64,000 bases of DNA, from NCBI GenBank assembly GCA_016212855.1, contig JACRDP010000011.1:12120-76119 (forward strand), written 5' to 3'. The translations under genes and the position numbers were made by a program. Position 1 is the first letter of the stretch; each line of letters opens with the position of its first letter. Positions 30,277 to 40,536 of this stretch are shown here, piece after piece. This stretch comes from Elusimicrobiota bacterium (GTDB lineage Bacteria; Elusimicrobiota; Elusimicrobia; UBA1565; UBA9628). The notes beneath the pieces are model-generated. The model was not told where the DNA came from and searched no databases. It worked only from the letters and a program-made list of their open reading frames with translations.

Positions 30277-31325
30277 AGAATCTCCCGGACGGCTTTCAAG
30301 ATTTCCCGGTCCGACACGAACGCCGTGACCGGCTTGCCCGGCGCGCGCAGAAGGACGAAGCGCGCGCGTCCGCCGCGCGCCTTTTTGTCGCGGCGCGCGA
30401 GTTCCAGCAGGCGGCGCGGCTCGATACGACGGGGCAAAGGTACCGGTAACGTCGATAAGAAGCGGTCGGCCTCGGAGGCGAAGGACGCCTTGAGACCGGA
30501 GCAGCGGTGCGAGAGCCGCAGCGCGGCGCGCATGCCCCAAATCACCGCCTCGCCATGGCGCAGGACGCCGAGACCGGCCGCGGACTCGAGCGCGTGGCCG
30601 AGCGTATGTCCGAAATTGAGCAGCTCGCGCGGCCCCTTGGTCTCGTGCTCGTCGCTGTCGACGATCTTGCGCTTCCAGGCCGCGCTGCGCTCGACGACGC
30701 GCGCGGTCAAAACAGGGTCGCCGGCCATGAGCTCGTCCCAACGTCCGGCGATCAGGCTCCAGAGCGCGGGCTCGAAGACGAGCCCGTACTTCAGGGCTTC
30801 GCCGAGGCCCGACACGCGCTCGCGCGCAGGCAATGTTCTCAGCACATCCGGGTCGCAAACGACGGCGCGGGGGCGGTGGAAGGTTCCCGCGAGATTCTTT
30901 CCGCCCGCCATATTGATGCCGGTCTTGCCGCCGAGCCCGCTGTCGAGCTGACCGAGCAAGGTCGTGGGCACCGTCACCCAGGGGATGCCGCGCTGATAAA
31001 TGGAGGCCGCGAAGCCCGCCGCGTCGGTGACCGAGCCGCCGCCGAGGGCCACGATCGCGCAGTCGCGCCCGAGACCGGCGGCGAGCATCGAGCCGATCAG
31101 CTCGGCGACCGCGTCCCAGCTTTTCGCGGCTTCGCCCGACGGCAAAAGGTGGCGGTGAACTTTAAAACCGGCGCGTTTAAGGCTCTTCTCGACGCCGGAC
31201 CCGAAACGGCGCCACGCCCCGGACTCGGAGACCAAGGCGACGCGGCCCGAAGCGGACAGCCCGCGCGTCCACTCCCGGGCGCTGAGACGTATGCCGGGCT
31301 CGACGAATAGTTTCTCGGACGTCAT
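30273..31325 (-). CDS. aroB: 3-dehydroquinate synthase
   Basis: 350 aa with the DHQ synthase motifs GGGSVTDAAGFAA, LNFGHTLGHALE and HGEAV. Confidence 0.92.
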   Translation of the reverse strand: MTSEKLFVEPGIRLSAREWTRGLSASGRVALVSESGAWRRFGSGVEKSLKRAGFKVHRHLLPSGEAAKSWDAVAELIGSMLAAGLGRDCAIVALGGGSVTDAAGFAASIYQRGIPWVTVPTTLLGQLDSGLGGKTGINMAGGKNLAGTFHRPRAVVCDPDVLRTLPARERVSGLGEALKYGLVFEPALWSLIAGRWDELMAGDPVLTARVVERSAAWKRKIVDSDEHETKGPRELLNFGHTLGHALESAAGLGVLRHGEAVIWGMRAALRLSHRCSGLKASFASEADRFLSTLPVPLPRRIEPRRLLELARRDKKARGGRARFVLLRAPGKPVTAFVSDREILKAVREIL

Positions 31326-31828
31326 GGAAGCCTCCGGGCGATGATCCCGGCCGCGGCCGCGGGAGAGTTGGCGGTGGTGGAAACGGATAAATCCGTTCCT
31401 TCATAAGCCGCGCGGCGCGCGGTCAGCAGCTGACCCACGCGCGCGCTCAACGCGCCGCCGGCCAGCAGCGGCCGCGTCGCGCGCGACGGGCGCAGACGCC
31501 GCACGAGCTCCGCTCGCGAGCAGGACAATCCGACAAGCAGCCCCGTTCGCGCGACGAGGGCGCGGTTGCGCGCGTCGAGCAAGGTCCCGCCGCCGAGAGC
31601 CACGATCACGCCCTTGCGCTTAGCCGTCCGCGCGAGCGCCTTGCTCTCCAGCTTCCGGAACGCGGCCTCGCCTCGGCGGGCGAAAATCGAGGCGACATTC
31701 GAGCCGGCCTCGCGTTCGACGAACGCGTCGAGATCGACGAAGGGACGGCGCAGCAGCCGGGCGAGCTCTTTACCCACCGCGGATTTTCCCGCGCCCATGA
31801 AACCGGTCAGGTACACCGTCGTCCTCAT
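31322..31828 (-). CDS. aroK: Shikimate kinase
   Basis: MRTTVYLTGFMGAGKSAVGKELA (P-loop) and GGG motifs. ATGA overlaps at both ends. The ORF-track N-terminal extension is rejected. Confidence 0.88.
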   Translation of the reverse strand: MRTTVYLTGFMGAGKSAVGKELARLLRRPFVDLDAFVEREAGSNVASIFARRGEAAFRKLESKALARTAKRKGVIVALGGGTLLDARNRALVARTGLLVGLSCSRAELVRRLRPSRATRPLLAGGALSARVGQLLTARRAAYEGTDLSVSTTANSPAAAAGIIARRLP

Positions 31829-32973
31829 GCGCGCCACGCCTTGAGCCGCGGCAGCAGTTCCTTCATGCTGTCGCCGCCGAACTTGGAGAGAAGCGCGTCG
31901 GCGAGCACGAGGCAGACGAGCGACTCGCCGATCACCGCCGCCGCCGGCACCGCGCAGGCGTCGGAGCGCTCGATATGCGCCTTGGCCGGCTTCATCGTGC
32001 GCAGGTCCACCGAGTCGAGCGGCTTCATCAGGGTGGCGATCGGCTTCATCGCCGCGCGCACGACGAGGATCTGGCCGGTCGTCATGCCCCCGTCGAGGCC
32101 GCCCGAGCGGTTGGAGCGGTAGCCGACCTTCCTGCCGCGCGGCTCGTAGGCGTCGTGCGCCTGCGAGCCCGGCAGGCCCGCGCCGCGAAAGCCGTGGCCG
32201 ACCTCGACGCCTTTGATCGCGTTTAAGGACATCAGCGCCGCCGACAGCGGCCCCTCGAGGCGGCGGTCCCATTGCGCGTAGCTGCCCAGGCCGACGGGCA
32301 GGCCGTCGGCGAGCACCTCGAAGACGCCGCCGACGGTGTCGCCCGCGGCCTTGGCCTCGTCGATGCGCGTGACCATGCGACGGGAGATTCCGGGATTGGC
32401 GCAGCGCACGGGATCGGCGTCGGTGAGCGCGTTGAGCTTCGCGACGGGACAAGGCGAAGCCGATTCGTCGGTCTCGCCGCCGATCGAGATGACGCGACTG
32501 GCGACGATAATCCCGCATTCATCCAGAAAACGGCGCGCGGCGGCGCCGAGCGCCACCCGCATCGCGGTCTCGCGGGCGGACGCGCGTTCGAGAACATTGC
32601 GCATGTCGTCGAAGCCATACTTAATTTTTCCGACGAGGTCGGCATGACCGGGCCGCGGGATGTCTACCCGGCGGGCCGCAGGCGCGTCCGAAGGTTCCGC
32701 GCCCATTATGTTTTCCCAGTTCTTGAAATCGTTGTTAACAACCATAAGCCCGAGCGGTGATCCTAAAGTCTTGCCCGCGCGAATTCCCGACAAAATCTCT
32801 ACTTTATCTCCCTCAATTTTTTGCCGGTTCCCGCGTCCGTGACCTTTTTTGCGACGCAGGAGGTCACGCTGAATATCCGCGCTCGTCAGCAGAAGCCCGG
32901 AGGGCAATCCCTCCAATATTCCGACCAACGCCTTCCCGTGGGATTCCCCCGCCGTCAAATAACGCAAATTCAT
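31825..32973 (-). CDS. aroC: Chorismate synthase
   Basis: MNLRYLTAGESHGKALVGILEGLP..., SARETA, GGLDGGMTTGQ. Start at ATG 32973. Confidence 0.95.
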   Translation of the reverse strand: MNLRYLTAGESHGKALVGILEGLPSGLLLTSADIQRDLLRRKKGHGRGNRQKIEGDKVEILSGIRAGKTLGSPLGLMVVNNDFKNWENIMGAEPSDAPAARRVDIPRPGHADLVGKIKYGFDDMRNVLERASARETAMRVALGAAARRFLDECGIIVASRVISIGGETDESASPCPVAKLNALTDADPVRCANPGISRRMVTRIDEAKAAGDTVGGVFEVLADGLPVGLGSYAQWDRRLEGPLSAALMSLNAIKGVEVGHGFRGAGLPGSQAHDAYEPRGRKVGYRSNRSGGLDGGMTTGQILVVRAAMKPIATLMKPLDSVDLRTMKPAKAHIERSDACAVPAAAVIGESLVCLVLADALLSKFGGDSMKELLPRLKAWRA

Positions 32974-33770
32974 GAGAGCTCCTCGATCAGTTCTTCCGCG
33001 ATCTCCGCCCGCCGCGCGGGCGTCAGCGGCTTGTCCCAAAACTCCCAGGCGCGCAACGCCTGATGCACGAGCATCGCCGTCCCGTCGATGACCTTCGCCC
33101 CCGCCTCCGAAGCCCGGCGCTGAAACGGCGTCACCTTCCCGTACACGAGATCCACCGCCGCCCGCGGCGCCTTCAGCCCGGCCGGCGCCGGCGACTCATC
33201 ATTATCGCCCTGCCCTAACGGCGTCGCGTTGATCCAAACGTCCGCGTTCGCCGCCGCGCCCGCGCTGTAGCGCGTCTTGGGAAACGACTTCGCCAGCGCC
33301 CGCGCCAGCCGGCGCGCGGTCGGCGCCGTGCGGTTGACGAAGCGCACCGCCCGCGCCCCTTCCTTGCCGCAAGCCCACCCCGCGGCGGCCGCCGCGCCGC
33401 GCGCGCCGAAAATCATGACGACGCGGTCTTTGACGGCGATGCCGGCGCCGCGCAGGGCGTCGGCGAGCCCGTCCGCGTCGGTATTATGCCCCACAAGCTT
33501 TGACTCAAAACGCAGAACGTTCACCGCGCCCACAGCCCGCGCTTGCGAGGTCAGACCTCCGGCGAGGTCCGCGGCCTCGAGCTTGAAGGGGATCGTGACG
33601 CTGGCCCCGCGCCAGCCCTTCGCGCGGGCGGCCTCGACGGCGGCGGACAGCGGACCGTCCACTCTCACGGCTTCGTACTCGATCTTCCGGTTCAGAATTC
33701 GTCCCAAGGCCGCGAACAGCTTCGGCGAGCTCGAGTGAGAGACTGGACGGCCGAACAGGCCCAGCTTCAT
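32970..33770 (-). CDS. aroE: Shikimate 5-dehydrogenase
   Basis: MKLGLFGRPVSHSSSPKLF..., NVTIPFK-like SVTIPFKL, NTDADG and a Rossmann GARGAAAA. Start at ATG 33770. Confidence 0.88.
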   Translation of the reverse strand: MKLGLFGRPVSHSSSPKLFAALGRILNRKIEYEAVRVDGPLSAAVEAARAKGWRGASVTIPFKLEAADLAGGLTSQARAVGAVNVLRFESKLVGHNTDADGLADALRGAGIAVKDRVVMIFGARGAAAAAGWACGKEGARAVRFVNRTAPTARRLARALAKSFPKTRYSAGAAANADVWINATPLGQGDNDESPAPAGLKAPRAAVDLVYGKVTPFQRRASEAGAKVIDGTAMLVHQALRAWEFWDKPLTPARRAEIAEELIEELS

Positions 33771-35020
33771 GAGGCCCTCGCCATGAAGTCGCCGTAAAAA
33801 GACGGATAGGAGATCTTCGCGCAGTCCGCCCCGAGTACCGTCCCGCCGCCGGCGAGCCACGCGCCGATAAACCCCGTCATCGCGAGCCGGTGATCGGCCA
33901 GCGAGTCGATCCGGGCCGCGGCGAACTTCTCCGTCCCGGTCACGATCAGGTCGTCGCCCTCGATGCGCGACTGAGCGCCCAGCGCGCGAAGCAACGCCGC
34001 GACGCCCGCGAGGCGATCGCTCTCTTTATGACGCAGCTCGTCGAGACCCCGAAACCGGGAGGTGCCTTCGGCGCGAGCGGCGGCCAAAGCGAGAATGGGA
34101 ATCTCGTCGATCAGCCCGGGGATCTCGGCCGCGCCGACCTCGACGCCGCGCAGCTCCGAGGACGAGACGATCAGATCCTCGACGGCCTCGCCGCCTTCGC
34201 CGCGCGCCGGCTCGCGGTGAATGTCGGCCCCCATCCGAGCCAGCACGGACAAATAGCCGGTGCGCGTCGGGTTGGAGCCGATGCCGCGCACGGCGAGCTC
34301 GCTGCCCTCGGCGAGCGTCGCGGCCACCACCCAAAATGCCGCGGAGGACGGATCGCCGGGAATAAGGACCTTGGTCGCCTTGAGCCGCGAGCCGCCGGTC
34401 ACCGTGACCTTGCGTCCGGACAAGCCCACCGGCGCGCCGAAGGCGGAGAGCATGCGCTCGGTGTGGTCGCGCGTGGCGACGGGCTCGATGACGGCCGTCG
34501 AGCCGGAGGCGTGCAGCCCGGCCAGTAGGATCGCGGATTTGACCTGCGCGCTCGCCGTCGGCGACGCGTACTCGATCCCCTTGAGCCCGCCGCCGCTCAC
34601 CGCCAGCGGCGCGGTATCGGCGGGAGTCAGGTCGACCTTGGCGCCCATCGCGCGCAACGGCTCGGCCACGCGCTTCATCGGCCGGCGCACGAGAGATTCG
34701 TCGCCCGTGAACCGAGCCGAAAATCCGTGGCCCGCGACGACGCCCGCGAGCAGGCGCATCGTCGTGCCGGAATTGCCCGCGTCGAGGTCCCCGGCCGGCT
34801 CCTTGAGCCCTCCGAGCCCGCGCCCGCGCACGCGCACGTTCGGCGCCGAGCCGGAGATCTCGACCCCCAAGGCCTCGAGGCAGGTTCGCGTGGAATGCAC
34901 GTCCGCGCCCGACGAGAGGCCCTCGACGGCCGTCTCGCCGTCGGCGAGCGCGCCGAGGATCAGGGCGCGGTGGGAGACCGACTTGTCCCCCGGCACGCGC
35001 GCCTCCCCGCTCAGCTTCAC
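33767..35020 (-). CDS. aroA: 3-phosphoshikimate 1-carboxyvinyltransferase (EPSP synthase)
   Basis: (V)KLSGEARVPGDKSVSHRALILGALADG..., LDAGNSGTTMRLL, DHRLAM. GTG start at 35020, overlapping the aroF stop (GTGA). Confidence 0.92.
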   Translation of the reverse strand: MKLSGEARVPGDKSVSHRALILGALADGETAVEGLSSGADVHSTRTCLEALGVEISGSAPNVRVRGRGLGGLKEPAGDLDAGNSGTTMRLLAGVVAGHGFSARFTGDESLVRRPMKRVAEPLRAMGAKVDLTPADTAPLAVSGGGLKGIEYASPTASAQVKSAILLAGLHASGSTAVIEPVATRDHTERMLSAFGAPVGLSGRKVTVTGGSRLKATKVLIPGDPSSAAFWVVAATLAEGSELAVRGIGSNPTRTGYLSVLARMGADIHREPARGEGGEAVEDLIVSSSELRGVEVGAAEIPGLIDEIPILALAAARAEGTSRFRGLDELRHKESDRLAGVAALLRALGAQSRIEGDDLIVTGTEKFAAARIDSLADHRLAMTGFIGAWLAGGGTVLGADCAKISYPSFYGDFMARAS

Positions 35021-36057
35021 CCGCGTCCCCTGAGCGCGGGCGCGGCCATGTTCCGGCCGAGCGCGCCCGCGATCGCCGCCAGGTCGCGCATCAAAACCGC
35101 GAAGTCGTCGGGATGCAGGGCCTGAGGCCCGTCGCATAACGCCTGGTCGGGCCGGTCGTGCACTTCGATCATGATTCCGTGCGCCCCGGCCGCGACGGCC
35201 GCCCGCGCCATCGGCGCCACGCGCGCGCGCACGCCGGTGGCGTGGCTCGGATCGACGATGATGGGCAGATGGCTCATTTCTTTGACGGCGGGCACGACGT
35301 TCAGGTCGAGCGTGTTGCGCGCGTGGTCGGAGAACGCGCGGATGCCGCGCTCGCACAGGAAAATATTCTTGTTGCCCTCGCTGAGCAGGTACTCGGCCGA
35401 CATCAACCACTCGTCCAAAGTGGCCGACAGGCCGCGCTTGAGCATGACCGGCTGCTTGAGCTGGCCGAGCTCCTTGAGCAAGGCGAAGTTCTGCATGTTG
35501 CGCGCGCCGACCTGCAGAACATCCGCGTATTCGGCCACATCCGCCAAAGACCGCTGGTCCAACACCTCGGTCACGATGGGCAGGCCCGTCTCTTTTTTAG
35601 CCGCCGCGAGAAGCTGAAGCCCCTTCTTTCCCAAGCCCTGGAAGGCGTACGGCGACGTGCGCGGCTTGAACGCCCCGCCGCGGAGCATGTGCGCCCCCGC
35701 CTTCTTCACCGCGCGAGCGATGCGCATCATCTGCTCTTCGCTTTCGACGGCGCACGGGCCGGCGATCACGACAAGTCCGGGTCCGCCGAGATTAAATGGA
35801 CCGACAGGTACCGTGGTGTCCGCATGCTGAAAATCGCGTCCGGCGAGCTTATAGGGCTTGGAGACGCGCACGGCTTCGCGCACGCCGGGAAGGGAATCGA
35901 AAAGGTGCGGATCAAGGGCGCCTGAATTTCCGGTGATGCCCACGGCCACGCTGAGCTTTCCGGGAATGACGTGTGGTTTAAGTTTGAGCGATTTGACACG
36001 CGCAAGCACGTCGGCCAATTGCTTTTTCGTGTGATCCGACTGCATGAGGATTAACAT
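35017..36057 (-). CDS. aroF: 3-deoxy-7-phosphoheptulonate (DAHP) synthase, type I-beta, with an N-terminal ferredoxin-like regulatory domain
   Basis: The N-terminal roughly 70 aa resemble an ACT/FL domain (MLILMQSDHTKKQLADVLARVKSLKL...). The KDO8P/DAHP catalytic core follows (IAGPCAVES, KPRTSPY, DPSHATG). Confidence 0.92.
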   Translation of the reverse strand: MLILMQSDHTKKQLADVLARVKSLKLKPHVIPGKLSVAVGITGNSGALDPHLFDSLPGVREAVRVSKPYKLAGRDFQHADTTVPVGPFNLGGPGLVVIAGPCAVESEEQMMRIARAVKKAGAHMLRGGAFKPRTSPYAFQGLGKKGLQLLAAAKKETGLPIVTEVLDQRSLADVAEYADVLQVGARNMQNFALLKELGQLKQPVMLKRGLSATLDEWLMSAEYLLSEGNKNIFLCERGIRAFSDHARNTLDLNVVPAVKEMSHLPIIVDPSHATGVRARVAPMARAAVAAGAHGIMIEVHDRPDQALCDGPQALHPDDFAVLMRDLAAIAGALGRNMAAPALRGRG

Positions 36058-36059
36058 GT

Positions 36060-36848
36060 TTAAAGCTCCAAGGCGGCGATAAGCCGTTTAGCCAGTCGCC
36101 GTACCGCCGCCGGCCCGCCGGCAAAGTTTTCTTTGACGATTGCACTTCCCACAACAACCCCGGCGGCATGAGGCGCCAAGGCGCGAGCCTGAGCCGGTTC
36201 CGCCACCCCGAACCCCACCAGAAGTGGTTTCTTAATGAGCTTTCCAACGTGTTCCAGTCGTTTGGCTATGTCGCGCTCCAATCCACTCCGTATACCGGTC
36301 ACTCCTTGCCTGCTCACGTAATACGCCGTGCTTCCGGTGAGCTTCCCGATCCGTTTCAGCCGTTCATCCGTCGTCGTGGGCGAAGCCAACAAGACGATCT
36401 CGATATTTTTTTTCTTGAGTATCGCGATCATTTCTATTGATTCTTCCGCGGGAAGATCCACGACCAGCACCGCATTCACGCCCGCCCCCGCGCAAGCTTT
36501 AGCGAAGCGCTCAACCCCCAACCGCAATATCGGGTTGTAGTACGTGAAGAGGATCACTGGAACTGTGACCCCATCCTTCCTAAGCGCCGCGACGAACGAG
36601 ATCGCGTTCGTGAGACTCATTCCCTTCGCCAGCGCCCTCTGCCCCGCCGCCTGAATCACCGGCCCGTCCGCCACCGGATCCGAGAACGGCACTCCCACCT
36701 CTAAAATATCCGCTCCCGCCGCCGCGAGCAGACGCGCCGCCATCAGGCTCGCCCCGCGCGAGGGATCCCCCGCGACGATGAACGGCACGAAGCCCGCCCG
36801 CCCGACGGATCGTCGGGCGGCTAAATACCGCGCGAGGCTCACGGGCAT
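36060..36848 (-). CDS. trpA: Tryptophan synthase alpha chain
   Basis: [29 protein letters not shown] and [10 protein letters not shown] are present. It overlaps the trpB 3' end by 10 nt. Confidence 0.92.
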   Translation of the reverse strand: MPVSLARYLAARRSVGRAGFVPFIVAGDPSRGASLMAARLLAAAGADILEVGVPFSDPVADGPVIQAAGQRALAKGMSLTNAISFVAALRKDGVTVPVILFTYYNPILRLGVERFAKACAGAGVNAVLVVDLPAEESIEMIAILKKKNIEIVLLASPTTTDERLKRIGKLTGSTAYYVSRQGVTGIRSGLERDIAKRLEHVGKLIKKPLLVGFGVAEPAQARALAPHAAGVVVGSAIVKENFAGGPAAVRRLAKRLIAALEL

Positions 36849-37999
36849 AACGTCCCCAAGTCCTTATCGCCGCGCCCCGACAGATTCACGATGACGATCG
36901 CGTTCTTGCCGAACCGCGCCTTATGCAGGTAGGCCAAAGCATGCGAGCTCTCGAGCGCGGGCAGTATGCCTTCGAGGCGGCACAACTCGTGCGCCGCCTT
37001 CACCGCCTGCTGATCCGAAGCATGCGCGTACGTCGCGCGGCCGATGCGCCGCAGCTCCGCGTGCTCGGGTCCGACGGCGGGATAATCGAGACCCGCCGAG
37101 ATCGAGTGCGTCGGCAAGACCTGGCCGTTCTTATCCTGAAGAAGATAGGTGTAGGTCCCGTGAAGCGTTCCGGGCGCGCCCCCCGCGAAACGCGCCGCGT
37201 GCTTCCCGGGGCCGAGGCCGGTCCCGCCCGCCTCGACGCCGGTCAAGGCGACCTTCCTGTCCTTCAGGAACGCGGTGAAAATCCCGATCGCGTTCGAGCC
37301 GCCGCCGACGCAGGCGATCACGTGCGCGGGAAGCCGGCCCTCTTCCTTCAAAATCTGGGCCCGCGCCTCGAAGCCGATCACCGACTGAAAATCGCGGACC
37401 ATGGTCGGGTAGGGATGCGGTCCGAGCGCGGACCCGAGGACGTAGAACGTCTCCCGGCTGTCCGCCGACCACGCGCGCAGGGCCTCGCTCGTCGCGTCCT
37501 TGAGCGTCTTCAAGCCCGAGGTCACCGCGACGACGGTGGCGCCCAGCATCTTCATGCGCGCGACGTTGGGCGCCTGGCGCGCCATGTCGTCGGTGCCCAT
37601 GTACACGACGCAGGGCAGGCCCGCGCGCGCGGCCGCGGCCGCCGTCGCCACGCCGTGCTGGCCGGCGCCGGTCTCGGCGATCACGCGCTTTTTCTTCATA
37701 CGCAAGGCCAACAGAACCTGCCCGACGGTGTTGTTGATCTTGTGCGCGCCCGTGTGGGTCAGGTCCTCGCGCTTGAGCCAGACGCGCAGGCCCAGCGCCG
37801 CGCTCAGCCGCCCCGCGAAGGTGAGCGGCGTCGGCCGGCCCACGTAGGTCGCCAGCTCGTTTTTGAGCGCCGCCCGGAACTTCGGATCGCGCCGGGCGGA
37901 CGCGTAGGCCGCCTCGAGCTCGAGCAGAGGCTCGATCAAGGTTTCCGGCACGAAAGACCCGCCGAAGCAGCCGAAGCGGCCCGTCGAGGAAGGGGTCAT
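36839..37999 (-). CDS. trpB: Tryptophan synthase beta chain
   Basis: [34 protein letters not shown] and GGGSNAIG are present. Start at ATG 37999 is supported by TGGACA-18-TGcTATTCT, 8 nt upstream. The 661-aa ORF-track version is an artefactual extension. Confidence 0.95.
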   Translation of the reverse strand: MTPSSTGRFGCFGGSFVPETLIEPLLELEAAYASARRDPKFRAALKNELATYVGRPTPLTFAGRLSAALGLRVWLKREDLTHTGAHKINNTVGQVLLALRMKKKRVIAETGAGQHGVATAAAAARAGLPCVVYMGTDDMARQAPNVARMKMLGATVVAVTSGLKTLKDATSEALRAWSADSRETFYVLGSALGPHPYPTMVRDFQSVIGFEARAQILKEEGRLPAHVIACVGGGSNAIGIFTAFLKDRKVALTGVEAGGTGLGPGKHAARFAGGAPGTLHGTYTYLLQDKNGQVLPTHSISAGLDYPAVGPEHAELRRIGRATYAHASDQQAVKAAHELCRLEGILPALESSHALAYLHKARFGKNAIVIVNLSGRGDKDLGTLCP

Positions 38000-38107
38000 G
38001 AACAGGGAGAATAGCACTCCCCCGCGGGGGGTGTCCATGCGGCCGCTTTTACCCCTTTTTATGCGAACCGCAACAGTGCCGCCATCGTCGAAAGCTATGC
38101 TCCAGCC

Positions 38108-38866
38108 ATGGATAAGAAAAGCGTCCTTTTGCCGGGCCTGCTCGCCCTCGCCGCCGCCGCGTTCTACCTCGTCGCCCTGAGCAGCAAGGAGCGGACGCTC
38201 AGCGGACAGTATGAGACGACCAAGGTGCTCGTCGCGCGCACCGACATCCCGGAGCGGACTTTGATCAAGGAAGGCATGCTCGAGATCGTCGAAATGCCCC
38301 GGCGCTTCATCGCCCAGGACGCGTTCGAGATCCGCACGGCGTCCGACATGCGCATGATCCTCAACCTCGTCAATCGAGTGCGCATCCCGAAGGGCAACCA
38401 GATCAGCCAGTCCGCCTTGATGCCGCTCTCTCCCGACTCGGGTCTCGCCTTGAAGGTCCCTCCGGGCTACCGCGCGGCCACGCTCGGCATCGACGCCGAG
38501 ATGCGCGGCATGGTCAAGCCCGGCGACCGCGTCGACGTCCTCATCACCTTCGACGCGGTGATGAGCGACGGTCGCCGCGAGAAGGCCACGGCGACCATAC
38601 TGCAGAACATACTCGTGATCGCCGTCGGCCGCAACCTCGGCCAAGGCATGACCGCGGGCCAGTTCAAGCTCGCGGGCGAGGCCGAGGATAAAACGAGCGC
38701 GTTCTCCGAAAAGGCCGCGATCAGCCTCGCGGTGAACCCGCGCGAGCTGCAATTCCTCGCTTTGGCCGGCCAGCAGGGAACGACCTCGATCGGCCTGCGC
38801 GCCCCCGGCGACAACGACCTGCATCCGATCCCCGTCTCCCTCCTGCGCCAGCTCGTGGGAGGCTGA
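38108..38866 (+). CDS. CpaB/RcpC-family (Flp pilus assembly-like) protein; orphan, with no other tad/cpa genes nearby
   Basis: N-terminal TM, a SAF-like segment ([20 protein letters not shown]), then [35 protein letters not shown] and a C-terminal [21 protein letters not shown] lies 6 nt upstream of the ATG. Confidence 0.65.
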   Translation: MDKKSVLLPGLLALAAAAFYLVALSSKERTLSGQYETTKVLVARTDIPERTLIKEGMLEIVEMPRRFIAQDAFEIRTASDMRMILNLVNRVRIPKGNQISQSALMPLSPDSGLALKVPPGYRAATLGIDAEMRGMVKPGDRVDVLITFDAVMSDGRREKATATILQNILVIAVGRNLGQGMTAGQFKLAGEAEDKTSAFSEKAAISLAVNPRELQFLALAGQQGTTSIGLRAPGDNDLHPIPVSLLRQLVGG

Positions 38867-38889
38867 AATGCTAAATTCAGTCGCCCCGC

Positions 38890-39519
38890 ATGGACGAGCT
38901 TCTCACCGCCGCCCTGACGATCTGGCGCTCTCCTGAGTTCAAGAGAGTCGTCGACGTCTTCGTCTGGCTGGGCGCCATCAACGGCGGCTTCTGGATCCTG
39001 GCGCGCGTCATGGGCGCCTTCGTGGATGTGTTCTCCGAGTTGTTCCTAGAGGAACTCTGGAGCGTGTTCGCGATCCTTTATAACATCTCGCTCGCCGTCT
39101 TCTTCTCCGCGATCCTGTTCGTCTCCGCGACCAAGGGCGCGCCCCCGGCCGACGTGCTGTGGCGCGAGTGCTGCGGGTTCGTGATGCTCTACATGGCGCT
39201 GGGCGCCGCGTACATGGACCAGACGCATCACATCATCGAGGACGCCCGCCCCGGCTACGCCTTGGGCCTGATCGCCTACATCATCTTCGCGGCCTTCCCG
39301 CGCGTCGTCGCCTATCCCCAGCTCTTCACGTTGATCGCCTTGATGAAGACGTTATCCGACAGCCTGCTCGGTCAGGTGATGACCACGCTCGTGGTCGGCG
39401 GCATCATTTGGGGGATGTTCACCAAAGGCCTGCGCGAGATGTTCTACCACCTCAGCCCCTTCCTCTGGTTCGTCGGCGCCCTCAAGCACCCGCCGATCCG
39501 CGTCCGCCGCCAAGACTAA
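38890..39519 (+). CDS. Hypothetical polytopic membrane protein
   Basis: 209 aa with 5-6 hydrophobic segments. It begins 23 nt after the cpaB-like gene. No family recognised. Confidence 0.5.
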   Translation: MDELLTAALTIWRSPEFKRVVDVFVWLGAINGGFWILARVMGAFVDVFSELFLEELWSVFAILYNISLAVFFSAILFVSATKGAPPADVLWRECCGFVMLYMALGAAYMDQTHHIIEDARPGYALGLIAYIIFAAFPRVVAYPQLFTLIALMKTLSDSLLGQVMTTLVVGGIIWGMFTKGLREMFYHLSPFLWFVGALKHPPIRVRRQD

Positions 39520-39528
39520 AAATAAGAA

Positions 39529-39561
39529 CCCCCTCGCAGTTTCCTGCGAGGGGGTCTTTTT
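39529..39561 (+). terminator. Rho-independent terminator (possibly also serving convergent cspA)
   Basis: CCCCCTCGCAG-TTTC-CTGCGAGGGGG followed by TCTTTTT. Confidence 0.8.
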
Positions 39562-39582
39562 CAGGCGGTGTTCGTCAGCTGA

Positions 39583-39786
39583 TTAGAGCTTGCGAACGTT
39601 GCCGGCGCGGGGTCCCTTCTCGGACGACTCCACGTCGAACTCGACGGCCTGATTCTCAGCCAAAGTCTTGAAACCATCGCCCAGGATGGACGTGTGGTGA
39701 ACGAAAAGGTCCTTGGACCCGTCGTCCGGCGTGATGAATCCGAAGCCCTTCTGATCGTTGAACCACTTCACTTTTCCGGTAGCCAT
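39583..39786 (-). CDS. cspA: Cold-shock protein (CspA family)
   Basis: [34 protein letters not shown]... contains the RNP1/RNP2 motifs. A long 5' UTR region with the extended -10 TGcTACAAT lies at 39862-39870 (reverse complement). Confidence 0.95.
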   Translation of the reverse strand: MATGKVKWFNDQKGFGFITPDDGSKDLFVHHTSILGDGFKTLAENQAVEFDVESSEKGPRAGNVRKL

Positions 39787-39939
39787 TGTCTTGTATGTCC
39801 TCTTTCTTACGTCTTGCTCACGAACGTCTATGTGGCACGGGGAACGTTTCCCCTTACGTATATTGTAGCACGGTATCGCCCCGTCAATGATGCCGTTTTG
39901 TTGAAAAAAGAGTCCTTATTTTCGACGGGCGGAACCGGT

Positions 39940-40536
39940 TTAAGCGCCAGCGGCCCTGAAAAAGGCGCTCAGGAGCCGCGCGCTCTTGATCCCGGGCCGG
40001 CTCTCGACCCCGGAGCTGACATCGAGCGCCCAAGGGTGCGCCAGGCGGAAAGCCGGGCCGGCGCTATCGGGGGTCAACCCTCCCGCGAGGATGACGCGGG
40101 CGCCGGTCGTACGCCAGGAACGGGCCATGTCCCAGGCCGCGCGCTGGGCTTTGAGAGACGGCCCGCGCCCGGCGCGGCGGTCGGCGTCGCTACGGGCGGG
40201 TTCTATGAGGACCATTTTCCCGCGAAGCGGACGGGCGTTCAAGGTCACGGCCTGGATGACCTTCACGCCAATCCCGCGCGGGACGGAGCCGTAGATCTGG
40301 ACGGCGTCGAGGTGGAGCTCGTTGACGACGCGGCGCAGTTCGTCGGCCGAAACGTGACGGAAGACGCCCACGGCGAGGACGCCTTTCGGAATAGCGGCGC
40401 GGACTCGACGGGCCTGCGGGGGCGTGAGGTAGCGGGGAGTATTTGGAACGAAGATCATGCCCACGGCCCAGGCGCCGAGCTTCGCGGCGAGCCGCGCGTC
40501 CTGGGGCCGGGTGACGCCGCAGACCTTGATTCTCAT
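39940..40536 (-). CDS. trpF: Phosphoribosylanthranilate isomerase
   Basis: MRIKVCGVTRPQDARLAAKLGAWAVGMIF..., LAGGLTPD and LDVSSGVE are present. 4-nt overlap with trpC. Confidence 0.9.
   Translation of the reverse strand: MRIKVCGVTRPQDARLAAKLGAWAVGMIFVPNTPRYLTPPQARRVRAAIPKGVLAVGVFRHVSADELRRVVNELHLDAVQIYGSVPRGIGVKVIQAVTLNARPLRGKMVLIEPARSDADRRAGRGPSLKAQRAAWDMARSWRTTGARVILAGGLTPDSAGPAFRLAHPWALDVSSGVESRPGIKSARLLSAFFRAAGA

Noticed and set aside
38071-38077. Half-site CAACAGT upstream of the trpB promoter as a third copy of the trp palindrome
   Set aside because: Only a 7-nt half-site without its dyad partner is present, which is too short to distinguish from chance.
36839-38824. 661-aa version of trpB and similar N-terminal extensions (aroA 547 aa, aroK 398 aa, aroQ 335 aa, msrBA 587 aa, ccdA 617 aa)
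   Set aside because: The extensions are Arg/Gly-rich, overlap upstream genes or run across the divergent cpaB-like gene. Conserved N-termini, overlapping ATGA/GTGA junctions or -10 elements support the internal start codons.
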